A stretch of DNA of 64,000 nucleotides from Candidatus Hodarchaeota archaeon (GCA_048887225.1 JBHLJY010000009.1:27205-91204), one strand, 5' to 3'; counted from the first letter of the stretch, positions 38,235 through 48,658 are shown. Notes: generated by a model not told the origin, from the sequence alone. Translations and numbers: made by a program.

Positions 38235-39764
38235 ATGAGTGAACCATTTTTTTGGTGGACAGAAGAGCAAAAAGAAATTGCTCAAAAGGTATCCCAATTT
38301 GTTGAAGATCATCTTGAAGAGGCGGAATCTTATTTTTGGAATAAGAAATTCCCATGGCCTCTGGTAAAAAAGGTAGCTGCCCAGGGTTATTTTGGAGCAG
38401 GGATACCAAAAGAATATGGAGGTTTAGAATTAGGTGCAACTGGTAGTTGTATTGTTGCTGAGGGACTAGGGAGATTATATGCCGTAGGACATGTTTTTAC
38501 TGTTTCTATGCTTGCGGGATTGGAACAGATGTTAAAATTTGCATCTGAGGAACAAAAGCAAAAGTGGCTTCCTAAATGTGCGAAAGGTGAACAGTTAGGT
38601 GCTTTATGTATTACCGAGCCCTTTGCTGGTTCAGATGCTGCTAATGTAATGACCACGGCTGTAAGAGATGGCAATGAATGGATTATTAACGGAAAAAAAA
38701 GATTCATAACTGGAGGGGGCGTCTCTGATAGGTATTTCATTTATGCGAAAACAAGTGATGATCCCGAGGATAGAAAACAATATAGTCATATAACATCATT
38801 TATTGTCGAAAAGGGAACTCCAGGTTTTTCTTTAGAAAAAGTTAATCCCTTAATTGGATTTGAAAACGTTCCTAATGCTTATTTAGACTTTGACGATGCA
38901 AGAATTCCTGACGAAAACCGTATTGGCGCTGTTGGTAAAGGTTGGACTGTTATGATGGCTGGTCTAAATTTTGAGCGGCTGATTGCCGCAGTAGTTTTTA
39001 GTGGAATAATTTTTGATGTGATAACTCTACTTTTTTATTATACTAAAAGGCGTGTGCAATTCAATCGCTCAATTAACCAATTTCCTGGTATTCAAAATGA
39101 AATCGCTGATATAATCGCAAAATACAAAATGGCTAGATTGTTTTCCTATCATTGCGCATACTTGTTAGATATGGGAATGGAACCTATGGTTGATGCTTCA
39201 ATCTCTAAAATGTTCAATACCCAATGGGTAAGAGAAATAGGGACTAAAGCAATTCAAGTAATGGGGGGCGATGGATTGACGAAATTTTATCCGACCGAAA
39301 GGATATTAAAGGAAGCAAAGATAGGTGAAGTTGCTGCTGGAACAAATGAGATCCAAAAAATGATAATTTATCGCTTTTCAGCTATGCTTCCTAAATATAA
39401 TCATACTCACAGGCTTAGATGGAACGATGAAGTAAAAGCACCAGTTCTCTCAAAAAAAGAATCGCAATTTAAAGGATTAGAAATTAATGACGACAACATA
39501 CTAAAAGTTATAGCCCATGATTATAAAGTAAATCCAGGGATATATATGACTCCTGATGATGTTAGGGAAGATATCGGTGGAAGTCGTTCAAAAATAAAAA
39601 GATGCTTTGAATCCCTAGAAGAAAAAAAATTAATTGTGACTCATCGAGATCGAGCTGGTAAGATAGCATTAGTTAAAGCTACTTATGAAGGATTAAAGAA
39701 AGCATTTCCAAAGGAATATTATCGGTGGTTCCCAGACTGGTACTCCGATTCGGATAAATTTTAG
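38235..39764 (+). CDS. acyl-CoA dehydrogenase with C-terminal wHTH-like extension
   Basis: ITEPFAGSD, INGKKRFIT, RVQF, QVMGGDG, GTNEIQK; extra 120 aa or so at the C-terminus. Confidence 0.92.
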   Translation: MSEPFFWWTEEQKEIAQKVSQFVEDHLEEAESYFWNKKFPWPLVKKVAAQGYFGAGIPKEYGGLELGATGSCIVAEGLGRLYAVGHVFTVSMLAGLEQMLKFASEEQKQKWLPKCAKGEQLGALCITEPFAGSDAANVMTTAVRDGNEWIINGKKRFITGGGVSDRYFIYAKTSDDPEDRKQYSHITSFIVEKGTPGFSLEKVNPLIGFENVPNAYLDFDDARIPDENRIGAVGKGWTVMMAGLNFERLIAAVVFSGIIFDVITLLFYYTKRRVQFNRSINQFPGIQNEIADIIAKYKMARLFSYHCAYLLDMGMEPMVDASISKMFNTQWVREIGTKAIQVMGGDGLTKFYPTERILKEAKIGEVAAGTNEIQKMIIYRFSAMLPKYNHTHRLRWNDEVKAPVLSKKESQFKGLEINDDNILKVIAHDYKVNPGIYMTPDDVREDIGGSRSKIKRCFESLEEKKLIVTHRDRAGKIALVKATYEGLKKAFPKEYYRWFPDWYSDSDKF

Positions 39765-39802
39765 ATTATATTTTTAACTTAATCTTTTTCTTTTATTTTA
39801 AA

Positions 39803-40459
39803 TTAATCATCGATTTCACCTGATAAAATTCCAGCGATCCATAATTCAGTATTTATCAAAAAGATATGAATAACCAGAATAATTGTTAAAATTAGCATAA
39901 TTCGATGTACTAATATAAATCGTTTATATCCAAATTTCTTAAGCTTTTTCATATCTCTCAAGTAAAAAGATAAAATTGAAACAAAAATCATTATAAAAGC
40001 AAAGATAATACCATTCCAAATTTTAATTAGAAATAGATTATAAGGATAATGTTCAATATTTTTTGCTAAAGCAACACTCCTCCAAGGTTCTGAGATGAAT
40101 AAAAATAATACATGAAATCCTAGTATTATATTCGTTATTAATGCTCCAATACAATGAAAATCCTTAGCTTTTCTCTTACCATGAAATAATTTAGCATGTT
40201 TATTAGTAGTAAATCCTTGAAAAGATGATAAAATAAACCAGATTAAAGTTGTAAAACCCAAGGCTCTCCCTAAAATCCAGAGAGTTGCATCGATTCCCCT
40301 CCCACGAGAAGTATGATGATGACATCCATTAATTTGATGATTCAGATTAATTAAAATTAAAGGAATAATTATCGAAATAAATAAAATAAGAAAGTCTAAA
40401 TAAATAAATTTTTTATACCAATTTATCTTTTTTTTAAAACCTGAATTACTGTTTTCTAT
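39803..40459 (-). CDS. ferric-reductase/cytochrome b-like transmembrane protein; start uncertain
   Basis: His pairs FHCIGALITNIILGFH and VHRIMLILTIILVIH; frame open upstream of the track start 40261 to 40465, adding a TM helix; ATA at 40459 follows GTGAT. Confidence 0.65.
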   Translation of the reverse strand: MENSNSGFKKKINWYKKFIYLDFLILFISIIIPLILINLNHQINGCHHHTSRGRGIDATLWILGRALGFTTLIWFILSSFQGFTTNKHAKLFHGKRKAKDFHCIGALITNIILGFHVLFLFISEPWRSVALAKNIEHYPYNLFLIKIWNGIIFAFIMIFVSILSFYLRDMKKLKKFGYKRFILVHRIMLILTIILVIHIFLINTELWIAGILSGEIDD

Positions 40460-40601
40460 TGAGAATCACTTTATTTTCATTATACTTAATCTAAAAACTT
40501 ATTTCAATAAAAATTATGTATTTTTAAATTATTCAATAACATTCTTATACCCGCTAATGAAATAATTATATAATAATCTGTTTGATTACAGAGGTGATTT
40601 T

Positions 40602-41177
40602 TTGGATATCCAACTTCCTAAACCTAAGCTTGAAGGGAAAAAAAGTCTTGAAGAATGTATATTTGAAAGAGAAAGTATTAGAAGATTTTTAGATAAAGAA
40701 ATTGAACTTGAAAAAATTTCGCAAATTTTGTGGGCAACTCAGGGTAAGAAAGGTAATAAGAGAACAGTACCCTCTGCTGGTGCAACATATCCGTTAGAAA
40801 TATTTGTAGTATTAAAAAAAAAAGGAATATTTCAGTACAACTTAAAGAAACATAATCTTGAACTGAAATTTGAGGGCGAATTTAGTGAAAAGTTAGCGAA
40901 TGCATCATACCGTCAATATTTTATTCACGAGGCTCCTTTAAATATAATAATCTGTGCTGAATTTGCAAGAACATGTTATCGTTATGGTGAAAGAGGAGTA
41001 AGATATGTATTAATAGAAGTTGGACATTGCGCTCAAAATATACATCTAGAAGCTGTAGCCTTAGGATTGGGATCCGTCCCAATAGGTGCCTTTAACGATA
41101 AAAAAGTAAAAAGGGTACTAAATCTCCCTGATAAAATTGAACCTCTTTATATCATTCCTATTGGATATCCCTCATAG
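40602..41177 (+). CDS. SagB/ThcOx-type nitroreductase
   Basis: RESIRRF, RTVPSAGATYP, RYGERG, EVGHCAQN, IGAFND. Confidence 0.92.
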   Translation: MDIQLPKPKLEGKKSLEECIFERESIRRFLDKEIELEKISQILWATQGKKGNKRTVPSAGATYPLEIFVVLKKKGIFQYNLKKHNLELKFEGEFSEKLANASYRQYFIHEAPLNIIICAEFARTCYRYGERGVRYVLIEVGHCAQNIHLEAVALGLGSVPIGAFNDKKVKRVLNLPDKIEPLYIIPIGYPS

Positions 41178-41210
41178 AAATTAGAATTTTTCTAAAAAGA
41201 GAATCTGTTT

Positions 41211-41954
41211 ATGATGAATAGCATATTTGACTGGTTTGAAAAAATTAAGAAATCAAATGATCCTGAAAAAATTAATGATTTTTTAATAGAGATAAGTAAA
41301 CATCCGCGACCGGAATATCTCTCTTTAATAGATTATTTTATAGGAAATCTCGCTCCTAAAATCCATGAAAAAACAAAAATAAACTTAATTTATAATTTGG
41401 GTGAATTAGGTAAACTAAAAAGAATGGATCTTAAATTTATTGATTATTTAATGAATGAATATTATAATTCAGATAGATGGATTCGAAATGAGATAATAAT
41501 AGCATTTGATAAAATTTCTATAAACATACATTTATCAGAGCAAGTAATAGGACTAATTGGAAAAGCATTAAATGAAGATTATGAACCAATTAAAACAAAC
41601 TCACTTAAAGTGTTATCGCATGTTGAAAATATCCCAATGTTTACCTTAAGGAATGTAATCCAAGTTTTAAACACATCTACTTCTGAAATTGAGGAATTAA
41701 GCACAATGATTCTACAAAAAGCTATTAGAAACGAAAATAATTTATTTGATTTGTTAAAATTTTCTAAAACTTATAAAAATTTGAATAAGAAAGCAATAAG
41801 ATCCGTTTTATTAATAAACTTAAATTCGATTGTTAGTTTAGAATCTTTCGGAGAGTTAGTTTCGAAATCAAAATGGGAAAGTGAATTTAAAGAAAGATTT
41901 CTAAGCGAGATTAGCAATTACGAGAATCTATTGTTGAAAAAATCATTAATTTAA
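41211..41954 (+). CDS. HEAT-repeat-like helical protein
   Basis: DRWIRNEIIIAF, EDYEPIKTNSLKVL repeats. Confidence 0.6.
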   Translation: MMNSIFDWFEKIKKSNDPEKINDFLIEISKHPRPEYLSLIDYFIGNLAPKIHEKTKINLIYNLGELGKLKRMDLKFIDYLMNEYYNSDRWIRNEIIIAFDKISINIHLSEQVIGLIGKALNEDYEPIKTNSLKVLSHVENIPMFTLRNVIQVLNTSTSEIEELSTMILQKAIRNENNLFDLLKFSKTYKNLNKKAIRSVLLINLNSIVSLESFGELVSKSKWESEFKERFLSEISNYENLLLKKSLI

Positions 41955-42113
41955 AATCTCATCGATAGTCGTTATTTTTATTTAAAAATTTTAGTTGAAG
42001 TAAGGATTGTAGGAGCTCTTCAATTATTTATAAATCAATAATAATATATATTAAAGTTTTCATATGGAATCTTAGTCATCTAAATTATTTTAGGAATTTT
42101 CTAGGTAATAAGT

Positions 42114-43355
42114 GTGCCGTCAATTTCTATAGCTCAAAATGTTTCAAATTTACAGCGAGTAGAATTGTTGAAGAGAGCAGAGTCATTTATTTTTTCCACG
42201 GGTATAAACGATGGTGCTGCTAAATTGTGTAAAGCGAATATGAAATATGGTTTAGCGATGTTTCAGCTTATTCAAGAAAAATATGGCTTCGAGCCAAAAG
42301 CAACTTTTATATCATCCCCAGATGAAACTGTCTCGAGGAATTCTTATCGATGGAATTCTGGATTAGGTTACGGAGGGAAACTAATTTGGGGATCTGGAAA
42401 TGAAAAAATAATTTTTTTAAATGCTAAGCCAAATTGTTGTGGAATTTTGGTTGGTGGTTTAGAAGAATTGCCTAAAGTTTATGAAATTATAAAGCAAATT
42501 GATGAAATTAAGGATTCTGAATTATACTGCAACGATATACTATTAGATTGGGATTATGATGTAAGTAATCATTTTATTAATTGTTTTGAAACTAAGAACT
42601 TATCTGATATTAAACTACCTCCTTATATGTTTTTTATCCATGGCTCTGCTCCTGAATTCCAAGATGAAAAATATGGAATGGGGCTATATGTTGATAAATC
42701 AAAAATGTTGAAAGAGCTCGCTATCGATGAAGAAACTAAATTTGGCAAACAGTACATCTTAATCGATAATGATGCATCAGATTATCTTGAATTCAATAAA
42801 AAAGCAATAGAATTTTCTAAGAATAAAAGGAGAATTATAGCAAATAATATTTTTGGAAACAATCATAAAGTCATATGTAATCAAATGCATCAATTCTTAA
42901 AGGATTATAATACCATGTATTTAGGAAGCAACTGTACTGATACTAATTATAAATTCGTAGAATCAGATATATTTCCAACCGCTCTTAGAGCAGATGTACC
43001 TGCTTATTTATTCAAAGGGAATGTCAATTTTACGGAAGTAGTTATGCAAAATCTGGATTTCTTGGAAAAAGCAGAAACTTTAGGAATCAAAAATACATTA
43101 AAATCAGCCAATATCCTACCTCATGGGGGAGGGTATCGCTTTCCAGATATTAAGGGAGTAAATAAAGTTTTAGAATATAAGGATCAGAGATATTTTGTTT
43201 GTGAATTAAAAACAAAAGAAAGAGTTAAAATAATCAGGAATGTTCGTGAAATACAGTACGAATATAGAGGACGGGATATTGTATTGAAAACGCTTCAATT
43301 AGATTTAGGGAGTATAATTGCTCGGTTAAATCCAATATTTTCGCTAAAGTTATAA
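42114..43355 (+). CDS. divergent RtcB-like protein
   Basis: SPD..G.GYGG, PNCCG, SNHFI, IHGS, MHQ and PHGGG in the same order as the RtcB motifs. Confidence 0.55.
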   Translation: MPSISIAQNVSNLQRVELLKRAESFIFSTGINDGAAKLCKANMKYGLAMFQLIQEKYGFEPKATFISSPDETVSRNSYRWNSGLGYGGKLIWGSGNEKIIFLNAKPNCCGILVGGLEELPKVYEIIKQIDEIKDSELYCNDILLDWDYDVSNHFINCFETKNLSDIKLPPYMFFIHGSAPEFQDEKYGMGLYVDKSKMLKELAIDEETKFGKQYILIDNDASDYLEFNKKAIEFSKNKRRIIANNIFGNNHKVICNQMHQFLKDYNTMYLGSNCTDTNYKFVESDIFPTALRADVPAYLFKGNVNFTEVVMQNLDFLEKAETLGIKNTLKSANILPHGGGYRFPDIKGVNKVLEYKDQRYFVCELKTKERVKIIRNVREIQYEYRGRDIVLKTLQLDLGSIIARLNPIFSLKL

Positions 43356-43420
43356 AAAAAGTAAAATTAATAATTTCTTCTACTTTATTTTATTAAAATT
43401 TACATTCTGGTTAGTTTAAA

Positions 43421-43825
43421 ATGTTAGTCCAAATTAGTGTGAAAATGCCGGATCGACCGGGGATGCTTGCAGAATTTACCAAAATGCTAAATGAGAACAA
43501 TATTATAATTGTATCGATAACAGTTTCTCAGATTCCAGGATTAGTATTGTTTATCGTTAATAAACCAGACGATATGAAAAAAGTATTAGATGAAAACAAA
43601 TATGATTATTCAATGAAGGAAGTAATTGCTGTATTGTTGCCTGATAATCCAACTAGTTCTGAGCAAATTCAAAAAGTCGCTCAAGTTTTAGGTGATAATA
43701 ATATTAATATTGATTTTCTTTATAGTACGTTTATAAAGAAAGGTCCAGTGCTTATTATTCACGTCAGCGATAATAATAAAGCAGGCGACGTTCTAAAGGC
43801 TAATGGAATGTACTTGTATGAATAA
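43421..43825 (+). CDS. tandem ACT domain protein
   Basis: QISVKMPDRPGML; LGDNNINIDFLY. Confidence 0.85.
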   Translation: MLVQISVKMPDRPGMLAEFTKMLNENNIIIVSITVSQIPGLVLFIVNKPDDMKKVLDENKYDYSMKEVIAVLLPDNPTSSEQIQKVAQVLGDNNINIDFLYSTFIKKGPVLIIHVSDNNKAGDVLKANGMYLYE

Positions 43826-43868
43826 GAAATATTTAGTTTTTTTACTATTTTTTTATTTTAGTTAACAA

Positions 43869-45926
43869 TTATAATACCTTAGCTCCAGGAGAGACATCTT
43901 TATCTTTATCAGGAGTTAGGACAGAAATAACCTTACCATCCTCTGCTGCTAATAACATACCTTGGCTGAGAATGCCCCTCATTTTTTTTGGTTCTAAGTT
44001 CGCTAAAACAACTATTTTTTTTCCTATTAGGTCCTTTTCTTCATAGAATTTTGCCACACCAGCGATTAATGTACGTTTTTCTGTGCCTATATCAATATCT
44101 AACTTTAAAAGATTATCTGTACCCTTGACTTTTTCAGCATTCTCAATCAAGGCTACTCTGATATCCAATTTTTTAAAATCCTCGTATGTTATCATTTCTT
44201 TTTCCTCAATTTTTTCTTTTTTAATACCACGGATTTTATTGAGCTTATCTTGAAGCTCTTTAATTTCTAATTTTTGGAAGAGAGGGTCAGGTTTTTTTAT
44301 CTTATGATCTACTACAAGTGATTCAGTAACGATACTATCCCAGCCTATTTCATTTAAATCCTTTTTTATATTTAAGTAATTCAAAATTCGTTCTGAAGTA
44401 TCAGGTATAAAAGGTCCTAATAATATTGCTAAAGCATAAACTGCTTGAGCACATACATTAAAAACATGCCCAGCTGCTTCTTTTTTTTCTTTTATTAAAT
44501 GCCAAGGTGCTTTATCATTTAAATAAACATTCCCATCTCTTGCAAATTTAACAATATCCCTAAGAGCTTTTCTTAATTCAAAATTTTCTATTGTATTACC
44601 AACATTATTCCCGATAAAAGATATTTTAGAAATAAATGCTTTATCGACATCATCAATGTCAATTTTCTTTGGTATCTTTCCGTCAAATTCTTTAATTATA
44701 AAGGTTAAAGTTCGATGAATAAAATTTCCAATAACATCGTTTAAAGTCTTGATATTGTTATCGAATTCAGACCATAAGAAAGAAGTGTCGCTCTTCTCAG
44801 GTCTGTTATAAATTAAATTGAATCGCCAGTAGTCTAATGGAGCTAATTCTAATGCTTCATCAATCCAAATGCCGACACCCATAGATTTAGAAAACTTATC
44901 ATTCTCATACATTAAAAATTCAGTTGAAGACACGTTATAAGGTAGAACTAATTTTTTTCCATTTGTTTTATCTTCATTATAAGCCATTAACAAGCCAGGA
45001 AAAACAATTAGATGAAAGATAATATTATCTTTTCCTATAAAATAAACGGTCTTGGTTTTTTTATCTTTCCAAAAATAATCAAATTTCTCTGATTGGTCTA
45101 TTATCTTTTCAGCCCATTCTTTAACAGCAGAGATATACCCTAAAACTGCCTCAAACCAAACATAAATAGTTTTATCCTCAGCTCCTTTAAATTTCGCAGG
45201 TATGCCCCATTCTAGATCTCTTGTGATAGCTCTTTCGGGTAGCCCTTCAGCAATACTATTTAAACACATTTGTCGAGCATTTTGAGGAATTATCTCATTT
45301 TCGTCTATTAATCTCTTGAGACGCTCTTGTAGTTTTGGAAAATCCAAATACCAATGTTTCGTTGTTCGGATTTTAGGAAGTGAATCGCAGATAGCACAGC
45401 GAGGTTGTTTCAGTTCTAAAGGAATTAATAATTTTTGGCATTTATCACATTGATCCCCTCTAGCTTTTTCATATCCGCAATGAGGACATACACCTTCAAC
45501 AAATCTATCTGGTAAATAAAGATTATCTTTTTCACAATAGAGTGATTCAATTTCTTTTTCAAATATATACCCATTTTTTTGAATATCTAAATAAAATTCT
45601 TGAGTAAATTTAATGTGAGTTGGGTTATGAGTAATCGTATAATTATCGTATGAGATATTCCATCTTTTAAATAAATCTTTAATGATGATATGGTTTTTCA
45701 ACGCTAATTCTTTTGCCTCAATATTCTGTCTTTTAGCAGCTACAGCCACTGGTGTCCCATGAGAATCTGAACCTGAGACAAAAACAATCTCATCACCTTT
45801 CAATCTAAGATATCTAGCAAAGACATCTGCTGATAATACTGAACCAATCATATTACCTAAATGTGGGATTGCATTTACGTATGGCCAAGCAGATGTAATC
45901 ACCCATTTATTTCGATGAGCAGTCAA
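43869..45926 (-). CDS. metG: methionine--tRNA ligase with C-terminal tRNA-binding domain
   Basis: WPYVNAIPHLGN, DSHG, Zn knuckle, IGKDN, KFSKS, NLEPKKMRGILSQGM. Confidence 0.97.
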   Translation of the reverse strand: MTAHRNKWVITSAWPYVNAIPHLGNMIGSVLSADVFARYLRLKGDEIVFVSGSDSHGTPVAVAAKRQNIEAKELALKNHIIIKDLFKRWNISYDNYTITHNPTHIKFTQEFYLDIQKNGYIFEKEIESLYCEKDNLYLPDRFVEGVCPHCGYEKARGDQCDKCQKLLIPLELKQPRCAICDSLPKIRTTKHWYLDFPKLQERLKRLIDENEIIPQNARQMCLNSIAEGLPERAITRDLEWGIPAKFKGAEDKTIYVWFEAVLGYISAVKEWAEKIIDQSEKFDYFWKDKKTKTVYFIGKDNIIFHLIVFPGLLMAYNEDKTNGKKLVLPYNVSSTEFLMYENDKFSKSMGVGIWIDEALELAPLDYWRFNLIYNRPEKSDTSFLWSEFDNNIKTLNDVIGNFIHRTLTFIIKEFDGKIPKKIDIDDVDKAFISKISFIGNNVGNTIENFELRKALRDIVKFARDGNVYLNDKAPWHLIKEKKEAAGHVFNVCAQAVYALAILLGPFIPDTSERILNYLNIKKDLNEIGWDSIVTESLVVDHKIKKPDPLFQKLEIKELQDKLNKIRGIKKEKIEEKEMITYEDFKKLDIRVALIENAEKVKGTDNLLKLDIDIGTEKRTLIAGVAKFYEEKDLIGKKIVVLANLEPKKMRGILSQGMLLAAEDGKVISVLTPDKDKDVSPGAKVL

Positions 45927-46029
45927 ATTAAATTACTTCTCTTAGTGATTTAATAAGAAAAAGGTTGCAATTCTTAAATATTTTAGATAAAAGAAGGTCT
46001 AATTAGTATTTATAAGTTAATAATTTCCG

Positions 46030-47211
46030 TTAATTAAGAATAATTTTAGCACCACAATACCTACAAGCTTTAAGTTCAGTAAACATTTTTTTAAGGCATG
46101 GTTCATGATAATAGGACCCACAACTTTCACATTTAAATACTTTAAAATCTCCTAAAAAAATATTATGACAATAAGAACACGATGCATTAATTTGATTTAC
46201 ATTATCTTCATGGATTTCAATCATTTTTGATTCTTTAATGTCTAAATCCTCAATTATTTTAATTTTTTGAGATGTGCCATCTATTTTTTTCACCATTTTT
46301 ACAGCTGACTTTGGTAATTCCAATAAGAAAAAGCAAAATGGGCATCGGAATATATTTTCTTTAAATTCTGATCCTTTAGCCCACATAGCTGCACAGGATA
46401 AATGCACTGGTCTGTCACAATTTGGACAGTATCGCCCTTCTGCATAGAAATCAGCCCTAGTTATTGGTGATTTTATCGAATGACAAATGGCGCACTTATC
46501 TTCTCCTTCACTCTTTTTTGTCATCATTAAGCGAATCTCCATTAAACTTGGTCTTCTTAAAGATAAAGCGATTTCTCCCACTAATGGTGCTGATTTTTCT
46601 TTTTTTTCTGTTAAATAAAATTCTGCATGTGTTTTAATTTCTTTTTTAGAAGCAAATTCTCCCCCAGCAGTTATTATTGCCCTTGGATTATTAAAATAAC
46701 CATATTCACCGTCTGTAATTTGAGTCATTCTCTTTAATAAATTTTTGTTCTGATCTTGAGGCTTTCCCAATTGACATACATCAATATATATGCCTAATCC
46801 CTTTGCTATGTTTACGATTTTATCTAATTTTGTTTGATTAATGGCTAACTTATCATCGCTTATTATGAATATTCTCTGAATTTTCCCTCCAATCTTACGC
46901 ATTTCTTGAATAATTACCTGTAATGATAATGCGATTGCTTGATGTAAAGATCCTTTACCTGATATCTGAATTTTTTTTAATGAACTAAAGAGTTTATTCT
47001 CATCATGAGAATAAGGGCTTAATCTTTTTGGAACATCTCCAAATGAGATTATTGAAATCCTATCTTTTGAATCGATCGCAAATTTTTTCTGAATAAAATT
47101 TTTTATCGCTAGCAATGCAACGGCTAATCGATTAGGAGTAATATCTTTTCTCATCATCGATCTTGATGTATCTACAAGAAGTATGGTATCTTCAATCCTT
47201 AATTCATGCAA
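46030..47211 (-). CDS. VWA domain plus two C4HC3 RING-variant/PHD fingers
   Basis: MIDAS DTSRSM..DITPNRL; CAIC..CPNC..HLSC..CPFC; CSYC..CESC..HEPC..CRYC. Confidence 0.85.
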   Translation of the reverse strand: MHELRIEDTILLVDTSRSMMRKDITPNRLAVALLAIKNFIQKKFAIDSKDRISIISFGDVPKRLSPYSHDENKLFSSLKKIQISGKGSLHQAIALSLQVIIQEMRKIGGKIQRIFIISDDKLAINQTKLDKIVNIAKGLGIYIDVCQLGKPQDQNKNLLKRMTQITDGEYGYFNNPRAIITAGGEFASKKEIKTHAEFYLTEKKEKSAPLVGEIALSLRRPSLMEIRLMMTKKSEGEDKCAICHSIKSPITRADFYAEGRYCPNCDRPVHLSCAAMWAKGSEFKENIFRCPFCFFLLELPKSAVKMVKKIDGTSQKIKIIEDLDIKESKMIEIHEDNVNQINASCSYCHNIFLGDFKVFKCESCGSYYHEPCLKKMFTELKACRYCGAKIILN

Positions 47212-47308
47212 TTTTTTCTTAATTACCTATATTTTTAACTGAATTTATTTTAAAAAATAATAAATCAAAAATAATAAATAAATTTCTATTTTGAAATTTA
47301 GCATTTAT

Positions 47309-48658
47309 TTATTTTAAAAATTTATAAGCAAAAAGAGTAAAAACTTTTATTGCATTTAGAAAATCTTGAATCTCAACATGTTCATCTACTGTATGAGCTG
47401 AGGCTGCGACTCCTGGTCCAAATATTACTGTTTGAGGGCAATAATTAGTATTACGTAAGAAGTTAGCATCTGCAGAAGCAGGAAGCAAAAAGTAAAATGG
47501 TTTTTGATTATAGACTTTTTCTACAATATCATATAATTCTTTTAATGTTTGAGAATTTTCCCATTCTTTCCAATATGATGCTTCAGATTGCTGTTCTATT
47601 TCTAAATAAACATATATTTCTTCTGGTCCCCCTATTGGAGTGTTTTTTATATGATATCCTAATTCTTGTATTATTTTTTTAATCTCATTAATTATTATAT
47701 CAACATTTTGTCCAGGTAATAATCTAAAATCAATTTTTGCTTCGCATCGACCAGGAACAACATTTTCTTTAATTCCTGCGTTAATCATCGTTACACTGTA
47801 AGTAAATTGAGTAAGCGCTTTCATTACATTTGACAATAAAGGTTGTTCATTATAAACTCTTTCAAAATTTTCTTTATTTGGAAAAGAGGCACTCACAAGT
47901 TTTTTGAGTTTATTTAAGGATATTGGAGGACTAACTTTTGGTACCCGATCATGAAGTTTAACTAAATTTTGTATAATATCACTCATCATATATATCGCAT
48001 TTTTTCCCAAAAAAGGAGCTGAAGCATGGCAAGAAATACCATTTGTAACTATTTTTAGTTGAACACGACCTTTCTCTCCTAAAAGTATTGCTTTTGATAA
48101 TGGTTTAAAATCTGTCGCCTCACCTACAATAGAAAAATCACATTTAATTGAATTTAATTTATTATCTAAACACCACTTAGTACCAAATATCCCTCCAGTT
48201 TCTTCATCAGCAACGATATTTAAAATCAGATTTCCAGATAATTTTATATTTAATATTTTTAAAATCTTTAAAGCTATAACCATAGCTGCTACTCCACTTT
48301 TCATATCAGCTGATCCTCTACCATATAAAATTTTTTTTCTTTTAATAATAGCTGATAAGGGGGGATATTTCCATTCTTCCTCTGATCCTGGAGGAACAAC
48401 GTCCATATGTCCATTATATAAAAGATTTTTATCATTGAAATTATCATTCAAAAATGCTATTAAATTGGCTCGATTTTCTCCAAAAGGGAAAACCTTACAT
48501 TTAATTCCATCTGGTTTCAAATAATCAATAATTTTTAAAGCAACATCATTTTCATTTCCCGGTGGATTATAGGAATTTATTCTTATTAATTCTCTAAGAA
48601 ATTCGATATACTCTTCTTTATTATTTTCTATTTTATTATGAATTAAATCTACACTCAT
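47309..48658 (-). CDS. M20 family metallopeptidase (ArgE/DapE-like)
   Basis: NGHMDVVP, GRGSADMK, DEETGG, GE, HAS, AHTVDE. Confidence 0.92.
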   Translation of the reverse strand: MSVDLIHNKIENNKEEYIEFLRELIRINSYNPPGNENDVALKIIDYLKPDGIKCKVFPFGENRANLIAFLNDNFNDKNLLYNGHMDVVPPGSEEEWKYPPLSAIIKRKKILYGRGSADMKSGVAAMVIALKILKILNIKLSGNLILNIVADEETGGIFGTKWCLDNKLNSIKCDFSIVGEATDFKPLSKAILLGEKGRVQLKIVTNGISCHASAPFLGKNAIYMMSDIIQNLVKLHDRVPKVSPPISLNKLKKLVSASFPNKENFERVYNEQPLLSNVMKALTQFTYSVTMINAGIKENVVPGRCEAKIDFRLLPGQNVDIIINEIKKIIQELGYHIKNTPIGGPEEIYVYLEIEQQSEASYWKEWENSQTLKELYDIVEKVYNQKPFYFLLPASADANFLRNTNYCPQTVIFGPGVAASAHTVDEHVEIQDFLNAIKVFTLFAYKFLK

